Below are positions 1 through 12,250 of a DNA stretch of 64,000 nt, in pieces. The DNA is taken from positions 57,910,001 through 57,974,000 of the forward strand of contig NC_086108.1 of NCBI RefSeq assembly GCF_963921235.1, in the 5' to 3' direction. A program made the translations under genes and the position numbers. Origin of the DNA: Mobula hypostoma. Taxonomy: Eukaryota. Every line of letters begins with the position of its first letter. Position 1 is the stretch's first letter. The notes beneath the pieces were generated by a model. That model made no database searches and was not told the DNA's origin. It saw only the letters and a list, made by a program, of their open reading frames with translations.

Positions 1-590
1 TCTTTCTTCTTGAAGAGTGGAGTGATATTTGTAATTTTCCAGTCTTCTGGAACCATTCCAGAATCTAGTGATTCTTGAAAGACCATTACTAATGCCTCCA
101 CAATCTCTTCAGCCACCCCTTTCAGAGATCTGCTGTGGTGAACCATCTGGTCCAGGTGACTTATCTATCTTCAGACCTTGCAATTTCCCCAAAAACCTTC
201 TGTCTAGTTATGGTAACTTCACAAACTTCATGTCCCCTGACACCTGGAATTTCCACCATACTGCAAGTGTATCAGTCTTCACTGTGGATGACAAAATACT
301 TATTCAGTTCATCTGCCATTTCATTGTACCCCATTACTTCCTTTCCAGCATCATTTTCCAGCAGCCTAAGATCCACTCTTGCCTCTCGTTTACACTTTAT
401 GTATCTGAAGAAACGTTTGGTATCCTCTTTAATATTATTGGCTAGTTTACTTTCGTATTCCATCTTTACCTTCTTGAGGTCTTTTTAGTTGCCTCCTGTT
501 AGTATTTGAAAACTTCCCAATCTTCTAAGTTCCCATTAATTTTTGCTCCATTGTATGCCCTCTCTTTGGCTTTTATGTTGGCTTTCGTTC
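1..590 (-). mobile_element. CR1 LINE ORF2 fragment
   Basis: Minus ORF 272-463 EYESKLANNIKEDTKRFFRYIK...MADELNKYF is typical CR1 ORF2 and homologous to other CR1 copies in the window. Confidence 0.8.
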
Positions 591-929
591 CATTCCATTT
601 ATTCCATTCACAATGTGTTTTTTTTTTCTAAGCTATCTATTTTCTGAAAGTGACAATCTTATGCTAATTCATGTAGCTTGGAAAGTCTGATATTTTCAAG
701 ACCTTTCTGAGAAGGTTAATGCATGTTGTGCTTTACGTATTCATGTTTAAGATCAAAAATTTTCACTTTGCAGCAAGACCCAGACATGGAAAATATTGAT
801 CATTGTTTATTAGTTTCTTTCCTTGCAAGTTGTTGCCTCAGTTGCACATCCAACCTTGGAATGAAACCCAGCAGCAAAAGCTGCACTCACCACATTACAG
901 CACCAGTGATCGAAATTCACTTCCTGCCT

Positions 930-1145
930 TCTCCCCATGACCACTGGGGACTCCCATTTCCGCCCACATTCCAAAGACATACAGGTTAGGGTTAATAAGT
1001 TGTGAGCTTGTTATGTTGGCGGCAGACACATGGTGATCCTTTTGGCTGCTCCGAGTAGACCCTCAAGTTGTTGGTCATTGACACAAATAACACATTTCAT
1101 TGAATGCTTTGTTATTTTGATGTACATGCGATAAGGCTAATATTT
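930..1145 (+). mobile_element. SINE remnant (V-SINE-like core)
   Basis: ttccgcccacattccaaagacatacaggttagg resembles the V-SINE core; ends in an A-rich tail. Confidence 0.4.
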
Positions 1146-1159
1146 AAAAAAAAATCTTT

Positions 1160-2890
1160 ATTTGCCTCTGCCACCACTCCTGGCAGCACATTTTAGTTAC
1201 CCATAGCTCTCTGTATAAAGAAATTCCTGCCTCACATTGCTCCTTTGAACTTTGCCCCTTCTCTTAGATGCGTGTCCTCTAGTATTAGAAATTTTTACAC
1301 AGGGGAGAAAGTTATCTATTCTTTTCATAATTTTAAAAACTTCTATCAGGTCTGTCCTCAGCCTCCACCACACCAGAAAAAAAGAACACTCATTTCTCCT
1401 TATAGCACATGACCTCTAATCCAGACAGTATCCTGTTAAACCTCTTTGTGACACAAGATTCTGCAGATGTTGGAAATCTTGTGCAATATACACAAAATGC
1501 TCAATAAACTCAGCAAGTTAGCATCAATGGATGGAAATAAACAGTCAATGTCTCATTCACTGATACTGCTTGACTTGCTGAGTTCCTCTAGCATTTTGTG
1601 CATTGCTCAGATCTCTTTTGATCCCTCATCAAAGCCTCCACATCCTTCCTATAATGGAACCAGAATTTTATAAAACAGCAACGCAATTTCCTGTTTCTTG
1701 AACTCAGTGCTTCAACTAGTAAAGACAATCATGTCATATGCCTTCTTTACAAAGCTATCAAGATGTGCACCCATTTTCAGGGAGCTATGGACTTGGACCT
1801 CAAAATCCCTCTGCCCATCAGTGCAGATTAGACAGGGTCTTCACATTAATTGTGTACTTTCCCTTTTCATATGATCTCCCAAAGTCAACACTTCACACTA
1901 GCCCAGATTAGACTTCATCTGTCATTTCTCTGCCCGTATCCACAACTGATCTATATTCCGCTATATCCTTTGGAAATCTTCTACACTATTCACAATGCAT
2001 TCTGCTTTTGTGTCATCTTCAAACTTACTAATCCACCCATCCATATTTTCATCCAAATCATTTACAATTTAGTCGCAGAAATCCAGCAAAGTAAAGCCCA
2101 TTAACCACACCTCCCTGTCTTGTATGGCAAGCCAGTGCTGAATCCAATTGGCCAAGTTACTATGGATCCAATGCACCTTAGATCTTCTGAATAAGCTTAC
2201 CACGAGGGATCTTGGATCTTCTGAATAAGCTTACCATGAGGAACCTTGTTGAATGCCTTAATAAAGTCCATTTAGAACACACTCACTGCTCTACCTTCAT
2301 CATTCAGCTTTGCACCTCCTCAGAAGACTCAGTAAGATGTGGCTTGACCTCCACAAAGCCATGTAGGTTGCTCCTAATTACACCATGCTTTTCTAAATGC
2401 TCCTAATCCTATCCCTAAGAATCATCTTGAGTAGCTTCCTTGGCACTGATGTGAGGCCTGCTAGTCTACAGTTTCCAGGATTATCTCTATCTCCCTTCTT
2501 GAACAAAAGAAGAACATTAGCTACTTGCCTGTCTGTTGGGACTTTTCCTGTGGCTAGAGACTATACAGGGATCTTTGTCTAGACTCCATTAATCTCGTCT
2601 CTTGCCTCTCTCAATAATTTTGGGTATATCCCTTAGGCACTAAGTATATTCACTTTAACATTCTTTAAAAGACCCAATGTCACGTCCTCCTTTATTTCAA
2701 AATACTCTGGCATATTGGCATGCTCCACACTGATCTCACTAATCTCCATGTCCTTCTCCATGGTGAATACCAATACAAAGTATTCATTTAAGACCTGGCC
2801 CTCATCCTTGGCCTCAAAGCACATGTTGTGGTCCTTGTGTGGTCCTACCCACTCTCTAATTATCCTCTTACTCTTGATCTATGTATTGAA
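1160..2890 (-). mobile_element. Decayed CR1 LINE (RT region), with a short Penelope/SINE-end insertion near 1450-1610
   Basis: Minus ORF 2633-2824 (VLNEYFVLVFTMEKD) and reverse-strand RT/3' motifs shared with other CR1 copies. Confidence 0.65.
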
Positions 2891-2899
2891 TGCATGGCG

Positions 2900-3570
2900 T
2901 ACTCTTCAATCCTTTTTGAACTTCTCACTCTGGATCAGTAGCCCTAAATGCTACAGATCTAAACAACAGCAGATACTGAATCTTCTAGATCATCGAGGGC
3001 TTCTGATTGGGAAAGACTGATAATGTTTTTGTAGGTACAGTACATGCTCATCCATGCATATCCTTATGAAGTTGGTGATAACTCTGGCATATTTATTTAG
3101 GTCTGCTACATATGATGCAGTCTACTGACTTGAAGCAATCCTGAATTCACTCCTTTGCTCCTACCATGCAGTTTTTCATACTAGTGCTGCACTCTTTAGT
3201 CTCCATCTGCAAGAAGGCAAAAGAAGCAAGGCCAGGTGGTCAGATTTACCAATCTGTGGGTGAGGAATGGAGTGGTAGACATTCTTGACAGTGGTGTACC
3301 AGTGGTCAAGTGCATTAAGCCCTCTAGTGTACAGTTAGGCAGAGACTTCTTTATGCTAGCCTGATTGAAGTCTTGCTCCATGACGTGCCAGACATCAGGA
3401 TATGCCATTCTTTTTGCTGATCACAGCACCTAGTTCCTCAAGTGCTACCTTGAGGTCTGTCTGAAGTGAAGTGTAGACAGCAGTCAGGATGATGGTGGAG
3501 AACTGCCACAGAAGATTGAACAGTTGGCACTTTACTGCCAGGTGTTCCTGGTTGAGAGATCAGAAGTATA
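2900..3570 (-). mobile_element. Old Rex1/Babar-like LINE fragment (endonuclease/linker region)
   Basis: Minus ORF 3196-3408 contains DFNQASIKKSLPN; similar to the 5' part of the LINE at 25800-26580. Confidence 0.45.
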
Positions 3571-4242
3571 TCTAAAAAAAAGAATAGTGATGGAAAGCAT
3601 GGATCCTCGGAATGATAACTAAGGAGAAATAGTGTTAGGGTTGTTGAATAAGTACTTATGAGTCAGTTCTCACATTGAAAGACACAGGAAACATTACAGA
3701 CACAGTTTGGAACTAAAGGGTGAATAAGACTGAAATTTATTGTAATTAATACGATGAAGAGAAAAGTACCATAGAAGTTAATAGTCCAAAAGATGTCCTG
3801 CAGATGCTGGACCTCTGAAATAAGAGCAGAAAACACTGGAAACATAAGAAATAGGGGCAGTAGGCATCCAGACCTTGACAACATGCACAACACAATGGAG
3901 GAACTCAGCAGGTCGGGCAGCATCCGTGGAAACAAACCGTCAACGTTTCGGTTTACGATCCAGACCTTGAGTCTGTTCCACCAGTTGTCACTTATCCTTT
4001 TATTCCTTCAATGCTCAAAAATACATATATCAACCTCTGTTTTATGCTAAATCAATGAGTAGGACTCTACAGCTACCCAGGGTACAGAACTCTAATGATA
4101 CATTCCCTCCGTATGTGTGGGAAATGGCTTATCCATTATTCTGAGACTTTGACCCTGGTTTTGCAATTCTTTAGCCACAGAAACTTCCTCCTTACATCCA
4201 GTCTAATAAGCTTGGTGAGTATTTTATAAGTTACAAAATTTG

Positions 4243-4565
4243 ACATTAGCGGCAGCCCAATCAATTCACAGAGAGAAAGAAAGAGAGAGCTTCACACAAG
4301 TCGTGGAGAAGAGTTTAAAAAAGCATTTCACGGGGCTCGGCACATTAGCAGTAGACCAATCGATTCACAGAGAGAGAGAGAGAGCTTCACACAGGTTGGG
4401 GAGAAGAGTTTTAAAAGCAGGAGCATTTCGCAGGACTCAGCGCATTAGTGGTGGACCAATCAATTCGCAGAGAGAGGAATCTTTGCACAGGTCAGGGAGA
4501 AGAGTTTAAAAAATGGGCGTTTCACGGGGCTTGGCATATTTTGTGGCAGACCAATCAATTCGTAA
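4243..4565 (+). repeat. Tandem ~95-100 bp monomers (3 plus a partial) at the CR1 5' end
   Basis: Units start near 4243, 4342, 4442 and 4536, of the form cattag...CCAATcaattc..(GA)n..cacagg..ggagaagagTTTAAAA..tttcacggggct. Confidence 0.85.
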
Positions 4566-6494
4566 TTCATTAGCAGAAGCAGATAAAAGTAAAGCAAAGT
4601 CAAAGTGGAGTGGCCATTGTGTGAATGGACCAGTGTAGGAGTGGGAACTTGAGGCTTTGGTGTGGAGGTACAGGTAAGGCTTTTGTAGTGGTTGAATAAA
4701 AAGTCACTCATTTACAGCTAATCAAATAAAGTAGGGATGATGCAGGATCAGGTGATGTGCTGTAGCTGCATGATGTGGGAGCTTGTGAACCCCACTGTAG
4801 TTCCTGGTGACCACATTTGCAGCAAGTGTTAGCTGCTCGAGGCACTCAGGCTTAAAATTGATGACCTGGAATCTGAACCTCAAACACTGTGGCACTTCAG
4901 GGAGGAAGAGTTACCTGAACACTCTGTTTTAGGAGGTAGTCACACACGTTAGATTTGCTACCTCAAATTTGATCTGTGGTCAGGGACAAAAAGGTGTAAC
5001 TGCGAGCAAGGTGGGTAGTGGGATCCAAGAGACAGTGCTGAAGGAGCTTCAGCCTTTGAGCTTGTCCAGCAGGTCTGATATTCTTGCTTCCTGAGTGGAT
5101 GAGAGTGGGGGCTGTAGGAAAAATGAGCAACCTAACTGAATAGTCTGGGGAATAGACAGAGTTCTCTGTTACAAGGCTGTGTTGCTTGCTGGGTGCTCGT
5201 GGTCGGGACATCTTATCTAACTTACAGAGGAATTTGCAGTGGGAAGGAAAAGATCCATTTGTCGTGGTCCATGTGGGTACCAATGACATTGGTAGACTGA
5301 GGAAAGAGTTCTGCTGAGGGAATTTGAGCAGCTAGGGACTAAATTAAAAAGCAGAACCTAGAAGATGGTAATTTCTGGATTACTACCTCAGCCACGTGTA
5401 AATTGGCATATGGTCAAGAAGATTAAAGAGTTAAATGTGTGGTTCAAGGATTGGTGTGGGAGAAGTGGGTTTCAATTCATGGGAAATTGGCACCAGTATT
5501 GGAGAAGGAGGGAGCTGTACCAATGGGACGGGCTGCACCTGAACTGCGATGGGACCTGGATCCTAGTGAATTGCATAACTCAGGCTGTGGATTGGGCTTT
5601 AAACTAAATAGTAGCGGGTTGGTTCAACAGATTGGAGAAGTAGGGATAAAGTAAAAAAGAAAAGTGTGGATAAAGATAAAGAAAAAGCAAAGAATAACAA
5701 AGAGGAAAGTAAGAGTGGAGTGAAGAAAAGTCAAGTGCAAAAGAGAAAACGATTGCAAGATTTTAAAAGTGCAATGAGTGTAAGTGCACTTTATCTGAAT
5801 GCCTGGTCAGTGAACTGGTGGCACAAGTCAGTACAAAGAGGTGTGATTTAGTGGCCATTGCAGAAACATGGTTGCAGGGTGGAGAGGATTGGGAATTAAA
5901 TATCCAAGGATGTCATGTAATATGGAAGGATAGGCAGGAAGGTAAGGTAGCACTCTTAATTAAAATTAAATTAGGGCGATATTGAGAGATGATATAAGAT
6001 CTAAGGTGCAGAATGTTGAATCCATCTGGGTAGAGATTAGGAATAGCAAAGGGAAAAAAATCTCCTGTAGGAGTTGTCTATCAGTTGCCAAATAATAACA
6101 TTACAGTGACACAGGCAATAAACAGAGAAATATCTGAGGCATCAGACAATGGAACAGCAGTTATCATGGGGGACTTTAACCTGCACATATATTACATATA
6201 TTGGGTGAATCAAGTTGGTTGAGGCTGTCTTGAGGAGGACTTCATAGAATGCATCTGTGATAGCTTTCTTGAACAGCATGTTACTGAACCTATAAGGGAA
6301 TGTGCCATCTTAGATCTGGTCCTGTGCAATGAGACAGGTAAAATTAGTGATCTTGTAGTTAGGGATCTTCTTGGAAAAAGTGATCACAGTATGGTTGAGT
6401 TTCTCATACAAATGGAGGGTGTAATATTCGATCTAAAACTAAATGGTAGCTAAATAGTAGGATTTGGCTAGTGTAGACTGGGAACACAGGCTAT

Positions 6495-8155
6495 TAGTCT
6501 GTGAGCCAGTAGGGTTGGTTGGTACCATTGGAAAGGAATAATGCTCATAGTGATTTTTGGCAAGGTATACATCTCTAGATTTAGAAAATATGTGATAGCA
6601 TTGCACCAGTGGTAGCCTTATTACTTCAAATAAGTAATCAGTTTTGTATATATTCCATATTAACATCAGTACAGCAGAAAATGTTACCCACCCCCCAAAA
6701 GGTAAAAAAAAAAACCTCATTTAGAGAGATTTTGGAGTTTTATCAATGTCATGATATTTTCCATATTGTTGTATCAAATCAAAACAATCTTAAGCTTTTG
6801 TCATAGCATATAGAATTACAGTAAAATAATTCAAATGTGAGGTTCCATACAGCCATAACCCAGGCCCCATTTGGTTGTAAAATGAATATATTTAATCAAA
6901 GACAGTTTTCCATACTTTGTTTTCCATACTTTCATAACCTATTAATAATCATAATAATAATATCTTTGGTCAGGAATCTCCTCCACTGCCTCACCATTTG
7001 TGTGCCTGTGATACCTTGCAACCCATGACCAGTCTCTTCACCCCGTAGAGACCTTTCACTCTATCCCTCAGAGCCATACCCAGAATTGTGGCAACATCGC
7101 TGAAAGTAATTTGATCACCTTTCACTCTTTGGACCAAGTTCATTCCATCAACCACTGTAACAGAGTTTCCTGGGAGCTGCTCTTCTACTGCTACATTTTT
7201 CTGCAAGGTTGTGACGAAAATAGCTTTATTTGTCTTTCTCAGCAATCCTTCTGTTATGGACAAGGCTCAGGGCAATGGTCCAAGGGGGATGAGAAAGGAT
7301 ATCCCCCATACGTAGACTGCACTCTTGTGCCAACTTGATGTGACCAAATAAAGACCTGTCTGCTTTCGAGATGATCACCCTCCCATTTGATTTACTTCTC
7401 TCTTCTTACACATATCACAATGTTTTCAGCTTGTTGGTTTTCATTGGGTCATGGAATTTCTTTGCTGGTGGGTCTTCCTCTAGTCTCTCATCCTAGAAGG
7501 TTGCACAACATTACTCACCAATCTCATATGCCTTCATCAGGTCAAAAGCAATGTCCTTGGGGGCTGCCTTTGCCGTAGAAATGCTAATGAGGTCCCACTT
7601 CTCTGCAAATGGGGTGACCCATTCATGTATGCAGCTAACCACTGCTGAAACTGCTTCCTCATCTTTCTGGATTCTTGGCTGGAATGCACTGTGGTGCTCA
7701 GTTGTTATATAGTAATGCTTGATAGCTCCAGCATTCAGGCTGAACCATGATGTGCCCCCAGGAGTCTATGTGTCTTTGTTCACTGTGGCTTCAATAGCCT
7801 GGTCCACAGGGATCTGCCCAAAGTGGTTGTTACTTGACAGCTGCACTGAGAATTGGCCTGTCTTGAAGGCCTCATACACAGAAGGATTCTTCTCTGGGAG
7901 GTTCATCATCTGAGCAAAGTAAGGCGACAGGTACCTGGCATAATTCATCTCATCATAGGCAAAGCACCATGGGATCACAATTCTTATAGCATGGAGGTGC
8001 AACTCCCAGTCCCCCTCACAGAAAGCTACCACCGCTGCAATGCTATCACATATTTTCTCGCACCAGGGGTGTATACCTTGCCAAAAATCGCTATAAGAAT
8101 TATTCCCCCCAGATGGTACCAATGGCCCAAATTTGGGGTCCTGGCTCACGGACTA
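6495..8155 (-). mobile_element. Internally deleted Academ-like (AcademX-type) DNA transposon
   Basis: Ends TAGTC(T/C)GTGAGCCAG; imperfect TIRs 6495-6616 and 8025-8155; 3-bp TSD TAT (6492-6494, 8156-8158); removing it restores contiguous CR1 (caggctatatggtggg). Minus-strand remnants EGDWELHLHAI...WCFAYDEMNYARYL...DQAIEATVNKDT*TPGG and GLLRKTNKA...VVDGMNLVQ. The structure is certain; the superfamily call is from motif recall. Confidence 0.75.
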
Positions 8156-11100
8156 TATATGGTGGGACAATTGAGGAACAGTGGAAGATTTTCAAAGAGA
8201 TTTTTCACAGTGCTCAACAAAAGTATATTCCAGTTGAAAGCAAGGACAGTAAGGGTGGGAAGAGTTAGCCGTATATAACTAAGGAAATAAAAGAAGACAT
8301 CAAGCTAAAAGCTTGTGAATACAGAGTCACCAAGGGTAGTGGGAGACCGAAAGATTGGGAAAACTTTAAAAAGCAAAAAAGAGCTACAAAGCGAGCAATA
8401 AAGTAAGGGAAGATAGATTATGAAAATAAACTAGCACAAAATATAAAAACGTCTAGTAAAAATTTTTATAATTACGTAAAGCAGAAAAGGGTGGTCGAAG
8501 TGATGTAGGTCCCTTGGAGGAGGAGAAGGGAGAATTGATATTGGGTAATGAAGAAATGGCAGAGGTTTTGGATGACGATTTGGTGTTGATCTTCATGGTG
8601 GAGGACATATCTAACATGCCAAAGAGAGATGTTATGGATATAATGGGAGGTGAGGACCTCAGTACAATAGCTATCACTAAAGAGGTAGTGCTGAGCAAAC
8701 TTGCGGACCTGAAGATAGATAAGTTCCCTGGTCCTGATGGAATGCATCCCTGGGTACTGAAAGCAATGGCAGAAGTTGTAGTGGAGGCTTTGGTGATAAC
8801 TTACCAAAATTCTCCGGGCTCTGGGCAAGTCCCAGCGGATTGGAAGGCGGAGAATATCACACCACTGTTCAAAAAAGGATGTAGGCAAAAGGCAGGTAAC
8901 TATAGGCCAGTTAGTTTAGCATCTGTAGTTGCGAAAATGCTTGAAGCTATCATTAGAGAAGAAGTAGTGAGGCATCTGGAAAGAAATGGATCCATCAGGC
9001 AGATGCAGCATGGGTTCGGCAAAGACAGGTCCTGTTTGACAAACTTACTGGAGTTCTTTTCACAGTGGATAGAGGGGAACAGATAGACGTTATTTACTTG
9101 GATTTCCAGAAGGCATTCAATAAGGTGCTGCATAAAAGACTTATCCTTAAGATAATGATGCATAGAGTCGGGGGTGATGTATTAGCATGGATAGAGGATT
9201 GGTTAACTAATAGAAAGCAGAGAGTTGAGATACAAGGGTGTTACTCTGGCTGGCAATCAGTGGTGAGCAGTGTGCCACAGTAGTTGGTGCTGGGCCAGCA
9301 ACTTTTCACAATATACATTAACGATCCAGAAGAGGGGACCGAGTGCAGTGTATCTAAGTTTGTTGATGACACTAAATTGAGTGGAAAAGCAAATTGTGCA
9401 GAAGATATGGGAAGTCTTCAGAGAGATGTATAGATAAGTTAAGTGAATGGGTAAGGGTCTGGCAGCTGGAGTACAATGTTGGTAAGTGTGACGTCATCCA
9501 CCTTGGAAGGAACAATGGAAGAGCAGGTCATTATTTAAATGGCTAAAAGATTACAGCATGCTGCTGTGCAGGGGGCCTTGGGAGTGCTTGTGCATGAATC
9601 ACAAAAGGTTGGTTTGTAGGTGCAGCAGGCTATCAAGAAGGCAAATGGAATGTTGGCCTTCATTGCTAGAGGGATTAAATTTAAGAGCAGGGAGATTATG
9701 CTGCAACTGTACAGGGTACTGGTGAGGCCACACCTGGAGTACTGCGTGCAGTTCTGCTCTCCTTACTTGTGGAGGAATATATTGGCTTTGGAAGTGGTGC
9801 AGAGGAGATTCATCAGGTTGGTTCTAGAGATGTGTGGGGGGGGTGGGGATAGACTGTGAGGAAAGATTGAGTCACTTGGGACTGATCTCACTGGAATTCA
9901 GAAGAATAAGAGGAGATCTTCTCGAAACATATAAAATTATGAAAAGGATAGATAGATAGAGGCAGGAAAGTTGTTTCCACTGTTAGGTGAGACTAGAATG
10001 AGGGAACATAGCCTCAAGATTTAGGGGAGTAGAGTTAGGATGGAGGTGAGGAGGAACTGCTTTTCCCAGAGGGTGTTGAATCAGTGGAATTCTCTGCCCA
10101 ATGAAGCAGTGGTGGCTACCTCAGTAAATATACTTAAGACAAGGTTGGATAGATTTTTGTATTGTAGGAGAATTAAGGTTTATGAGGCAAAGGCAGGTAG
10201 GTGGAGATGAGTCCATGGCCAGATCAGCCAAGATCTTATTGAATGGTGGAGCAGGCTCGATGGACCAGATGGCCTACTCCTGCTCCTATTTCTTGTGTTC
10301 TTTCTTACAAAGTGTCCTTCCCGGTTTGTTCTTTCCTGATGGCACACTGCCATTCTTGCAATCATTCTTGCGAACGTATGCTACAGTTTTTTTTAATGGC
10401 AGGCATATTCTGTTTGACTTAAGGAGATCAAAATGATATACAGTACCTCAGATCCGGCTTCAAAAGAGTATATAATTGTTGTAAGGCATTTTTACTTTTG
10501 TACTTGAATCATTTTTGTGATGAATGCTAACATCCCATGTGATTTCCCTTGTGCGTCTGGAAGTTAGCTTTAAGGTATATTTGCACAAAGACATGAACTC
10601 TACCCAAACTCTTACCATTTAAAAAACTAGTTTTATTGATCTTATGCATGATATTATATTGCGTCTATCATGCTGCTACTCCAGTAGTTTGGTCATCTCT
10701 TAAATCCATTGCTGACTGAACAATGCTATTGTATTTATCAAGCTGCTATTATTATACCTTCTACTATCACAATACTTTTTTATTTTGGATTCCGTAATGG
10801 GCTAATGAGGTAATTCCTTGTTTTCTTTCTCCTTCCTTTTTTAGATATTGAGATCACATTTCCTATCCTCTGTTCAACAGGAACCATATAAAATCTGTAA
10901 TATTCTCAAAGTCAATAACCAAAATATTCATCATCTGTATGGCCAACTGTTTCAAAACTCTGGAATATAAATTACTGAATCCTTGGGATTTATTAGCTTT
11001 TATTGTCACCCTTTTCTCAGCTTTTTAACCAATACTTATTCCCTTCATTTCCTTGATCTTGTTAGGCTCTTGGATCTCAGTAATTCTGACAGGTAATCTG

Positions 11101-11769
11101 TCTCTTCTGCCATAAATATAGACATAAAATAGTTGTTTAATTCCTGAGTCATGCTTTATTTCCTAATATAAATTTGACTATCTCTGTCTATAAGGGAAAC
11201 ATATTTTCTCTTGCATGACAGCATACAATGGTTGCAATGGTAGTGAGCTACCCTCATTTGCTAGCTACTAGACTGGCCTCAGCATCCATCTCATCAATCC
11301 CTTCAGATCCTTTCATGAGATGATCTATTAATTTCTAAACTCTGGAGAAAAGAGGTTCATTCTACCCAACTTCCTTCATAATCAGCCTCTGCACTGCTTT
11401 AAAATCATGGATATATTTTTTTAAGAAGAGACAAAGACAAGAAAGAACTGTAAAAAGTATGGTCTCACCATGAAAACTCCATATAATTACAGCAAGCCTT
11501 CTTTAGTCATCTACTCTAAACCCACAGCCATTAAGCCAACATGTTGTTCACCTTCTTAATGCTTGCTTTAACTGGATATTTCTGTGATTCATGCAGAACT
11601 CACTGGATACCAAAATTTACCTTATCTGCTTACATTAAACTTCACCCACCTACACTTCGTCCTTTATTTAATTCATCTTTAACCCTATGAAATCTCTATA
11701 TTTTTATACAGTTTACTTTGTAGTATGAATGGCTTGGATGTATTGTAAGCAAACGTTCGGTCTTAGGTT

Positions 11770-12250
11770 TAATCTCACTATATATGTTGTGAAATTTGTG
11801 GTTTTGTGGTAGCAGAACAATGCAATATATAAAAAGCTACTATAAATTACAATAAGAAATTTATATATAAATGAAATAAGTAATGCAAAAAGAGAGCAAA
11901 CGTAGTGAGGTACTGTTCAAGGGTTAGTTCTTTGTCCGTTCAGAAATCTGATGGCAGAAGGAAAGAACTGTTGATAAAACATTCAGTGTGTGTTTTCAGG
12001 TTCTTGTATCTCCTCTTTGATGGCAATAATAAGAAGAGCGTTTGTTCCAGGAGACGGGCGCTCTTCATGATGAAATGCCACATTTTGTGGCATTGCCTTT
12101 TGTCGATGTCCTTGATGCTGGGGAGGTTAGTGCCCATGATGGAGTTGGCTGAGGTCACAACCAACTGCAGCTTTTTCTGATCCTGTGCAGTAGCCCATCA
12201 ATACCAGGCAGTGATGCAACCAGTTAGAATGCTCTCTGTAGTACAAGTCA
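11770..12250 (-). mobile_element. Rex1/Babar-like LINE 3' fragment
   Basis: Minus ORF 11940-12164 IMGTNLPSIKDI...LFLLLPSKRRYKNLKTHT..FINSSF is the typical C-terminus of this LINE group. Confidence 0.65.

Larger units (their letters stand above)
4243..10303 (+). mobile_element. Near full-length decayed CR1 LINE, interrupted by a DNA transposon at 6495-8155
   Basis: 5' tandem monomers; ORF1 from ~4737 with zinc finger (CCSCMMWE...HICSKC) and SGNH-esterase motifs (VVHVGTND, VISGLLP, DGLHLN); ORF2 endonuclease (LYLNA, ETWL, GDFN) and RT (PGPDGMHP, NYRPVSL, QHGF, YLDFQKAF); CR1 3' tail near 10300. Many stops and frameshifts. Confidence 0.9.

Noticed and set aside
2181..2248. 34-bp tandem duplication
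   Set aside because: Local slippage within a dead CR1; no sign of function.
4243..4565. CRISPR-like array
   Set aside because: Units are wholly repeated with no unique spacers, there are no cas genes, and the context is eukaryotic.
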